In this document: in pieces, positions 32,769 to 38,417 of the stretch | Layout of the letters: the number at the start of each line of letters is the position of its first letter | Position numbering within the stretch: position 1 is the stretch's first letter | Source: a bacterium | Lineage (GTDB): Bacteria > Patescibacteriota > Minisyncoccia > Phycocordibacterales > Phycocordibacteraceae | Length of the DNA stretch: 38,417 nt | Direction of reading: 5' to 3' | NCBI GenBank assembly: GCA_021784875.1 | Contig: JAJYHF010000035.1 | Location: 1 to 38,417, forward strand | Position numbers and translations under genes: made by a program | Notes under the pieces: model-generated | Seen by the model: the letters and a program-made list of their open reading frames with translations, nothing else | Told to the model about the DNA's origin: nothing | The model's database searches: none

Positions 32769-33710
32769 CTAGTACGAGAACGCGTCTACCGTGTCGCCCT
32801 TGTCGTCAAGGAGCTTCACCAGCTCGTTTTGTGGCCGCCACATCGAATCAGAGCGGCCGAGATAAACGTGCCAAGTGTCGCCGAGGAAGTCAGTGTCGTT
32901 CTGGTGCGCCTCGAGGCAGCCGTTGTAGTTCAAGTATTTTACCAGGAAGGTCTGGCATGAGCCTGAAAGGGTCGTGGGCGGAGTCAGGACCGGCTTGCAG
33001 CGCGGGAGGCTTTTCACATACTCGATGCAAGCGTCGTCGCGGATATAGCCGCTCGCGTCATAGAAGGATGAAAGTTCGTCAGAGGGATCGGGGCAATCTT
33101 GCGGGAGTGAAGGCGAGAAGTCCTGATAGGCGCCGAAGTAGCCGATGCATTTGTTCTCACGAAAGGAAGCGCCGATAGGAGACTGCCCGCTCACGATGAT
33201 TGCCTGCTCGCCCGGCTGAAGCACGATGTCCTGCGCAGCGTTGATGATGCCCGAAGTCGGGATCTCCGTCCCTTTCGGGATCACGCTTGCGTTTCCGGTA
33301 GCGTCGCTTTTAAGCGTCCATCCGGTGATGTCGACCGGCACGCTCGCGCTCGACGAGACGGAAATCTCGACGTACTCCTGATCGGGATTGGTCGAGCCGG
33401 CTCCGGAGACGTAATGATCCATGGTGACGATGCCATGGTAGGTCGAAGGCGTGCCGAAGGAGCTCCCGCCGGGGAGGACAGGGAGATTCCCGAAACCGCT
33501 CTTGCCCGTGGAACCCGGCAGAGAGATCGAGACGCCGCCGACATTGAAGGGCGTTTTCGGAAAGGAGAGGTAGGTGCCGCCACCGAGCGCGCCAGGGAGC
33601 GAGAGCGTCGGACCGGAAAAGGAGATCGGGCGCGTCGGTCCGCCGATAGCGAACCAGACGATGAAGATAAAGGCGAACACCCCTACAAAAAACCACGCGT
33701 CATGTTCCAT
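32769..33710 (-). CDS. secreted/anchored protein with a lamin-tail-domain (LTD)-like region
   Basis: N-terminal hydrophobic helix. NPDQEYVEISVSSSASVPVDITGWTLKSD...QPGEQAIIVSG matches the LTD pattern. Confidence 0.65.
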   Translation of the reverse strand: MEHDAWFFVGVFAFIFIVWFAIGGPTRPISFSGPTLSLPGALGGGTYLSFPKTPFNVGGVSISLPGSTGKSGFGNLPVLPGGSSFGTPSTYHGIVTMDHYVSGAGSTNPDQEYVEISVSSSASVPVDITGWTLKSDATGNASVIPKGTEIPTSGIINAAQDIVLQPGEQAIIVSGQSPIGASFRENKCIGYFGAYQDFSPSLPQDCPDPSDELSSFYDASGYIRDDACIEYVKSLPRCKPVLTPPTTLSGSCQTFLVKYLNYNGCLEAHQNDTDFLGDTWHVYLGRSDSMWRPQNELVKLLDDKGDTVDAFSY

Positions 33711-33722
33711 AGCCTAATAATA

Positions 33723-35000
33723 TCAGTTTCTTGCTTGGAGCCGTTCGAGTTCTTCATGTGCGACCGCGGCGTCGCTCCAGGGCGTCCTCTTCCCGTGTGC
33801 TTCCATGATATAGGGGTCGGTGCCTTTGCCCGAGATCAGGACCGCGTCGCCCGGGCGCGCCGCGCGAAGCGCGGCGCGGATCGCCTCGCGACGATCCATG
33901 ATGATCTCTGGCGTACGTGCCATGCTCTTCGCCATCGCGGCGACGATCGTGTGCGGATCCTCGTCATACGGGTCCTCGTTGGTGAGGATGACCGTCTCGC
34001 AGGCCTCGTCCGCGATGCGACCCATCTCAGGGCGCTTCCAAACGTCGCGGCCGCCGCCCGTGTTCCCGAGGACGCAGATTCGCCGTTGGTTCGGGAATGC
34101 ACCATAGAGCGCCCGGAGCGAATCGGGCGTGTGTGCGTAGTCGACGACGACGATGAAATCCTGTCCGGCCTCGATGCGCTCGACGCGGCCCCGGACCGGC
34201 GGGAGCTTCGCGAGTGCTGTTGCGGCGGTCGTGGGCGGGATACCGATCGCCTCAGCCATCTTCACCGCCGCGAGCGCATTCATCGCGTTGAAGGCGCCGG
34301 GAAGGGGGAGCGAGAAGCGCGTTCCGGCGTAATCGAAGCTCGTCGAGCGGTCGTCGCTTGCGAGCGCGCCGAGCTCGTGGGCGCTGAAGCCGATCGCCTC
34401 GGAAACATGGGCTTCGAGGAAACTCTTTGTCTCCGGCACATCCGCGTTCGCGACCAGGATGCGCCACCGCTTCGATGAACGTGCGAGCGCCTCCACGATC
34501 TTCTGTTTCGCCGCGACGTAGTCCGCGAAGCCGCCGTGCCGTTCGAGGTGCTCCTTCTGGATGTTCGTCACGACGAGTCCGTCGAGCGAGAGGAACCAGT
34601 GCCGGTATTGGAGGACGCTCTCGCTCGTGAGCTCGATGACGAGGTGCGTGCAGCCCGCGTCGAGCGCCTTCTTAGCGAAGGCCTGCGCGAAGCCGCGGCC
34701 CTGTAAGGTCATCTTGTACCGGTTCGGCTCGGACTCGTCCTCGATGGCGAAGCGGATGGTCGAGAGGAGAGCGGTCTTCCGGCCAGCTGCGCGCAGGATC
34801 GAGAAGAGCATCTCGGCGACGGTCGACTTACCCTTCGTGCCGGTGATGCCGATGACGGTAAGGCGGCGAGCAGGGAAGCCGTAGGAGGCCGCCATGAGGA
34901 GGGCGAGGGCGGCGTGGTAGGGCCTGCGGAAGAAGCCGACGACCGGTTCCGGGACGACTTTTTTCAGGAGGCGGACGATTCGATTGATGAGTTCGTACAT
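33723..35000 (-). CDS. murE: Mur ligase, MurE-like (UDP-MurNAc-L-Ala-D-Glu : diamino acid ligase)
   Basis: 425 aa from MYELINR. GITGTKGKSTVAEM, VVVDYAHTPDSL, LTNEDPYDEDP. The longer track ORF runs into ruvA. Confidence 0.82.
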   Translation of the reverse strand: MYELINRIVRLLKKVVPEPVVGFFRRPYHAALALLMAASYGFPARRLTVIGITGTKGKSTVAEMLFSILRAAGRKTALLSTIRFAIEDESEPNRYKMTLQGRGFAQAFAKKALDAGCTHLVIELTSESVLQYRHWFLSLDGLVVTNIQKEHLERHGGFADYVAAKQKIVEALARSSKRWRILVANADVPETKSFLEAHVSEAIGFSAHELGALASDDRSTSFDYAGTRFSLPLPGAFNAMNALAAVKMAEAIGIPPTTAATALAKLPPVRGRVERIEAGQDFIVVVDYAHTPDSLRALYGAFPNQRRICVLGNTGGGRDVWKRPEMGRIADEACETVILTNEDPYDEDPHTIVAAMAKSMARTPEIIMDRREAIRAALRAARPGDAVLISGKGTDPYIMEAHGKRTPWSDAAVAHEELERLQARN

Positions 35001-35004
35001 GGTG

Positions 35005-35550
35005 CTAGTGATGGGCGGAGAGCGCCGCCTTGAGCCGCGCGTCCTTGCCGATGATCTCGCTCGGGACGGCCTGCAGCGCCTTGCGCGCCTCGCGCTCGGT
35101 GTAGCCGAGGGCGACAAGGGTGTCGAACACCTCGCCGTCCGCGTCGTCGTGCGCATGATCTCCGACTTTCTCTGCAAGCTCGACGATCATCTTTTCTGCG
35201 CTCTTCCGGCCGAGGCCGGCGACCTTCGTGAGGTAATCGAGATCCCGCTTGCTGATCGCGCCCTCGAGCGCCTGGCGCGGCGCCTTGCGCAGGATCGCGA
35301 GCGCCGTCTTCGGCCCCACACCCGAGACGGAGAGCACGAGCTCGAAGAAGTCGCGGTCGGCCGCATCGCTGAAGCCGTAGAGCTCCATCCCGTCCTGCTT
35401 CACGGTGAGATGCGTCGCGAGCCGGGCTTCCTGCCCGATCGCCAGCCCTTCGCCTCCAGCGAGATGCACCAACACCCCGAACCCCGCGATCTCGACGACC
35501 GCGCTTCCTGGATTCACCTCAAGAACCGTTCCTCGTATCTGCCGGATCAT
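35005..35550 (-). CDS. ruvA: Holliday junction DNA helicase subunit RuvA
   Basis: MIRQIRGTVLEV... and LVLSVSGVGPKTALAIL (HhH motifs), with a C-terminal domain III. Confidence 0.92.
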   Translation of the reverse strand: MIRQIRGTVLEVNPGSAVVEIAGFGVLVHLAGGEGLAIGQEARLATHLTVKQDGMELYGFSDAADRDFFELVLSVSGVGPKTALAILRKAPRQALEGAISKRDLDYLTKVAGLGRKSAEKMIVELAEKVGDHAHDDADGEVFDTLVALGYTEREARKALQAVPSEIIGKDARLKAALSAHH

Positions 35551-35567
35551 AGGAGCATCGTAGCACC

Positions 35568-35596
35568 TTGCGGATACGGCGCATACGCGGTAGATT
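35568..35596 (+). promoter_or_regulatory. possible sigma70-like promoter of rpsT, implying a near-leaderless mRNA
   Basis: TTGCGG (35568-73), 17-nt spacer, TAGATT (35591-96). The ATG at 35605 lies 8 nt after the -10 element, and no SD is visible. Confidence 0.4.
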
Positions 35597-35604
35597 AGCG
35601 AGAC

Positions 35605-35868
35605 ATGGCAATCACCAAGTCCGCGAAGAAGGCGAACCGCTCCTCGGCGAGGAAGCACGTCTTCAACCTGCGCCGCAAGAGCGCGCTCTACGGCGCGACC
35701 AAGTCGTTCACCAAGGCGCTCGCCGCCAAGGACGTCGCCGGCGCCGAGAAGCTCCTCCCGGCCGCCTACAAGGCAATCGACAAGGCTGCGAAGCGGGGCG
35801 TCATCAAGCCGAACACGGCCGCGCGCAAGAAGTCCCGCCTTGCCGCCTCCGTCACGCGGGCGAAGTAG
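35605..35868 (+). CDS. rpsT: 30S ribosomal protein S20
   Basis: MAITKSAKKANRSSARKHVFNLRRKS...IDKAAKRGVIKPNTAARKKSRL. Confidence 0.92.
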   Translation: MAITKSAKKANRSSARKHVFNLRRKSALYGATKSFTKALAAKDVAGAEKLLPAAYKAIDKAAKRGVIKPNTAARKKSRLAASVTRAK

Positions 35869-35874
35869 GTGAAG

Positions 35875-35911
35875 AAAAGCCCGCGCGCCGCTAAAGCGGC
35901 GCGCGGGTTTT
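35875..35911. terminator. bidirectional rho-independent terminator
   Basis: AAAA-GCCCGCGCGCCGC-TAAA-GCGGCGCGCGGGT-TTT. The stem is 13 bp, including a terminal G-U pair. Confidence 0.75.
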
Positions 35912-35917
35912 CCTTTG

Positions 35918-35989
35918 TGCTCTCGGCCAGAATCGAACTGGCATTGGCTCCTTCGGAGGGAGCTATCCTATCCGTTGAATGACGAGAGC
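35918..35989 (-). tRNA. tRNA-Arg (anticodon CCG), CCA not encoded
   Basis: The minus strand reads GCTCTCGTCATTCAACGGATAGGATAGCTCCCTCCGAAGGAGCCAATGCCAGTTCGATTCTGGCCGAGAGCA. Full cloverleaf with anticodon loop CTCCGAA. Confidence 0.88.
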
Positions 35990-36013
35990 GATCTCATCAC
36001 TATATGTTCTACC

Positions 36014-36397
36014 TCACTTCACTCGCGTCTTCCAGGTCTTCTCGACGATCTCGGCCTTCGCGGGTTCGAAGAGGGTTGCGATCTTCTTGGCTGCCTTGCG
36101 GCCGTACGGGCGATTGTTTCGCGTCTCGTTGCAGACGTTCAGCTCGCCTGCGACGTGCCGCGCCTCGCGGTAGGTGCCCATCGAGAAATGCGATTCTGAA
36201 AGGTCGAGATGTGCATTGACCGTCCCGTCGGGGTAGGGGACGATGGAAGCGTTCTTCACCGTCATGCCGGCGTCCTGGACGGCGCGGACGAGCGCCTCGA
36301 GAGAGAAGCCTTGATCGAGCGTGATTCCCCGACGGCAGTCGTGGAGATCGATGAGGAACCGAGTTCCCGAGGTGGCGATCGTCTTCTTCTTTTTCAT
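36014..36397 (-). CDS. S-adenosylmethionine decarboxylase (pyruvoyl, SpeH/SpeD-type) family protein
   Basis: 127 aa from MKKKKTIATSG. LIDLHDC and LDLSESHFSMGTYRE resemble the ..ESH..HT.PE self-cleavage region. ATGA overlap with the thrC stop. Confidence 0.65.
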   Translation of the reverse strand: MKKKKTIATSGTRFLIDLHDCRRGITLDQGFSLEALVRAVQDAGMTVKNASIVPYPDGTVNAHLDLSESHFSMGTYREARHVAGELNVCNETRNNRPYGRKAAKKIATLFEPAKAEIVEKTWKTRVK

Positions 36398-37854
36398 TTC
36401 CTTATAAGGTCCGCAGTATAAGCCATGTGCGGCGAAACGCAATGCTGCGACGCGTGTTCGGTAATGTAGCGCTTCAGCGTGTCGGCGTTTGCGTCGATTA
36501 TCTCGACGCGTTCGGGGAGCTCCGCAAGTTCCCGATAGCTGTCGGGTAGGGGTGCCTCGCGGCCGAGCGCTTCGCGGATAGTGCCCGCAAACTTAACGGC
36601 CTGGGCGGTTCCGAGGCAGAGGAGCGGCACGCCCGGTTCCTGGTGCTTCAGGCCGGTCGTCACGCCGTCCGCCGTGTGCGGGTCGATGAGAGCGCTATAT
36701 TTCGCGGAGAATAGGCGAATAGCTGCGAGGCGGTCGGCGTGCGCGGACGATCCGGCGACGAGGCCGGTCTCGCCGATGCGGGCGAATTCTGGCGTTCTCG
36801 CGAGATCGAACGAGCCGCGGGTCCGCAGGTCGGACCAGAGCTCCCGCAGTCGCGTCCCGTCGCGCCCGACGAGGTCGAAGAGGTAGCGCTCGAAGTTCGA
36901 CGCCTTGGAGATATCCATCGAGGGAGACGATGTGGCGACAACCTCGCCGCTTTTGCGCGGACGGTAGCGCCCCGTCGTGAAGAATTCCTCAAGCACGTTG
37001 TTCTCGTTGGTGGCGACGACGAGCTCCTTGATTGGCAGGCCCATCCGTCGCGCGATGTAGCCGGCGAGTACGTTGCCGAAGTTGCCTGACGGGACGGCGA
37101 ACGACACCTGCTCGGCGTTTGATCCGGTCGCACGGAAGTATCCCCAGAAATAATAAGGCACCTGCGCCGCGATGCGCGCCCAGTTGATCGAGTTCACGGC
37201 GCCGAGATGATAGCGCTGCTTGAACGCGGCGTCCTCGTTAAGGCATTTCACGAGATCCTGACAGTCGTCGAACGTGCCGCGCACCGCGATGTTGAAGATG
37301 TTTTCATCTTGCAGGGTGTACATCTGGCGGCGCTGGAATTCGCTCATGCGGCCGTACGGCGACAGCATGAACACCTGCACGCCCTTTCTCCCGCGCGTCG
37401 CATATTCTGCTGCGGAACCCGTATCGCCCGAAGTCGCGCCAAGGATGGTGAGCGTCGCACGCTCTTTGTCGAGGGCATACTCGAAAAGGCGCCCGAGCAG
37501 CTGCAGCGCGATGTCCTTGAACGCGAGCGTCGGTCCTTCGGAAAGATCGAGGAGATAGAGGCCGTCGTCGATCCTTTTCACCGGGACGATCTCGTCGCTC
37601 CCGAACCGTTCTTTCGTATAGGTGTCGAAAATGATGCGCCTGAGATCCGTCGCGGGGATGTCATCGGCGAAGCGTGAAAAGACCGTATAGGCGAGCTCCG
37701 GGTACGACATGGTCCGCATTCCGTCGAGTTCTTTTGTGGAGATTTCCGGATACCGCTCTGGCACGTACAGCCCGCCATCGGGCGCGAGTCCTTCAAGCAG
37801 AATCTTCGTAAACGTCCGCAGATCGCCTCCTGTGCGGGTAGAGATGTATCGCAT
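36394..37854 (-). CDS. thrC: threonine synthase (long form)
   Basis: 486 aa. MRYISTRTGG...GGLYVPE, the PLP-lysine motif PTLAFKDIALQ, and GDTGSAA. Confidence 0.92.
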   Translation of the reverse strand: MRYISTRTGGDLRTFTKILLEGLAPDGGLYVPERYPEISTKELDGMRTMSYPELAYTVFSRFADDIPATDLRRIIFDTYTKERFGSDEIVPVKRIDDGLYLLDLSEGPTLAFKDIALQLLGRLFEYALDKERATLTILGATSGDTGSAAEYATRGRKGVQVFMLSPYGRMSEFQRRQMYTLQDENIFNIAVRGTFDDCQDLVKCLNEDAAFKQRYHLGAVNSINWARIAAQVPYYFWGYFRATGSNAEQVSFAVPSGNFGNVLAGYIARRMGLPIKELVVATNENNVLEEFFTTGRYRPRKSGEVVATSSPSMDISKASNFERYLFDLVGRDGTRLRELWSDLRTRGSFDLARTPEFARIGETGLVAGSSAHADRLAAIRLFSAKYSALIDPHTADGVTTGLKHQEPGVPLLCLGTAQAVKFAGTIREALGREAPLPDSYRELAELPERVEIIDANADTLKRYITEHASQHCVSPHMAYTADLIRK

Positions 37855-37891
37855 TGCCTTATACTAGCGCACCGGAGAAGATAAAATCGTC

Positions 37892-37966
37892 TGGTGCTCT
37901 CGCAAGGAATCGAACCTTGATTGCCAGCTCCGCAAGCTGGTGTCCTATCCGTTGAACGACGAGAGC
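37892..37966 (-). tRNA. tRNA-Arg (anticodon GCG), 3' CCA encoded
   Basis: The minus strand reads GCTCTCGTCGTTCAACGGATAGGACACCAGCTTGCGGAGCTGGCAATCAAGGTTCGATTCCTTGCGAGAGCACCA. Full cloverleaf with anticodon loop TTGCGGA. Confidence 0.85.
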
Positions 37967-37981
37967 CTTTTCTTCCTTATA

Positions 37982-38417
37982 TCAGAACCCGAGCCAAACT
38001 GCCACTAGGTCGACGACCGTCGGCCTGTGCTCGCCCTCGTCGACATGCTCGAGGAAGTGGTCGTAGACCAGATCGGCATCGACGTCCGCGAGCGGTATCA
38101 CGAAGTGCGGCGTGAGCCAGGAATCGTTCTTGATCGAGAGTTCTGGCGGCAGGCTGTCGTCGATGCTCTCAAAGACGGTGAACGAGGTCATCCGCGAGAA
38201 GGGATGCAGTTCCTCGCCGATCAGGAGCCCGTCTTCGACGAGAGCGAAGCGGTGTATCGGCGGCTCCTTGGCAGCGCGCAGGGCGATTGCCGCCGCCGCG
38301 ACGATGATTAAGAGTGCGAGAAGATAGCTCCCGAAGAGTACGGCCGCGATCGCGCCGGCGGCGGCGATGATGCCGAGCACCCAGTACCAGTCGGCGCTAC
38401 GAGGCGTGTGCTCGTAT
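37982..38417 (-). CDS. membrane protein of unknown function; the ORF is open to the window edge
   Basis: The reading frame has no stop up to 38417. Two hydrophobic helices (WYWVLGIIAAAGAIAAVLFGSYLLALLIIVAAAAIAL). The start is either M at 38380 or beyond the window. Confidence 0.5.
   Translation of the reverse strand, partial: YEHTPRSADWYWVLGIIAAAGAIAAVLFGSYLLALLIIVAAAAIALRAAKEPPIHRFALVEDGLLIGEELHPFSRMTSFTVFESIDDSLPPELSIKNDSWLTPHFVIPLADVDADLVYDHFLEHVDEGEHRPTVVDLVAVWLGF

Noticed and set aside
1-38417. CRISPR arrays, rRNA genes, transposase/IS elements and prophage structural genes.
   Set aside because: I found no direct repeats of 24-40 nt with regular spacing, no rRNA-like conserved strings, and no DDE/HUH transposase or capsid/terminase-like ORFs. 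The 14-nt-period repeat at 10-50 is too short and irregular to be CRISPR.

Overview
38.4-kb high-GC bacterial chromosome segment (about 60 % or more by eye) with tightly packed, often overlapping genes. The gene content suggests a Patescibacteria/CPR-like organism: a PrgI / VirB4 / T4SS-pilin locus, a short YidC, an LTD-domain protein, many orphan secreted proteins, and tRNAs embedded inside protein operons. This is inference only, since no rRNA lies in the window. The segment spans the replication-origin neighbourhood (yidC-rnpA-rpmH divergent from dnaA-dnaN), with DnaA-box clusters at about 16.1 kb and 17.5-17.7 kb. Recognised housekeeping genes are xth, a Xer-type recombinase, rpsO, comM/yifB, class A PBP, ruvC, yebC, ruvB, a PilB/GspE-type ATPase, tsaE, polA, holA-like, murE-like, ruvA, rpsT, thrC, and tRNA-Lys(UUU), tRNA-Arg(CCG) and tRNA-Arg(GCG). 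Several lower-GC islands carry accessory or decaying genes. These are an amber-interrupted ORF and a coiled-coil orphan flanking the recombinase; a two-gene cassette inside the T4SS-like operon; a roughly 30 % GC DUF2784 gene wedged into the ruv/yebC operon; a 0.7-kb ORF-free structured region; a frameshifted DEDDh exonuclease with a Tyr/Pro-rich lipoprotein; and a HigB(pseudo)/HigA-ImmA module. The most interesting items are: (1) an 890-bp DUF5680 + four-helix-bundle (23S-rRNA-IVS/Avd-type) cassette at 7991-8880. It is bounded by 24-nt inverted repeats built from a 7-nt-period stop-codon motif, and it sits exactly between an N-terminal VirB4-like fragment and the VirB4 ATPase core. (2) A roughly 0.7-kb hairpin-rich non-coding region (23658-24370) with a consensus sigma70-type promoter and no family I can recognise. 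(3) The T4SS-like locus itself, including a pilin fused to a 16-Cys domain. All family calls rest on motif recognition by eye; no database search was run.
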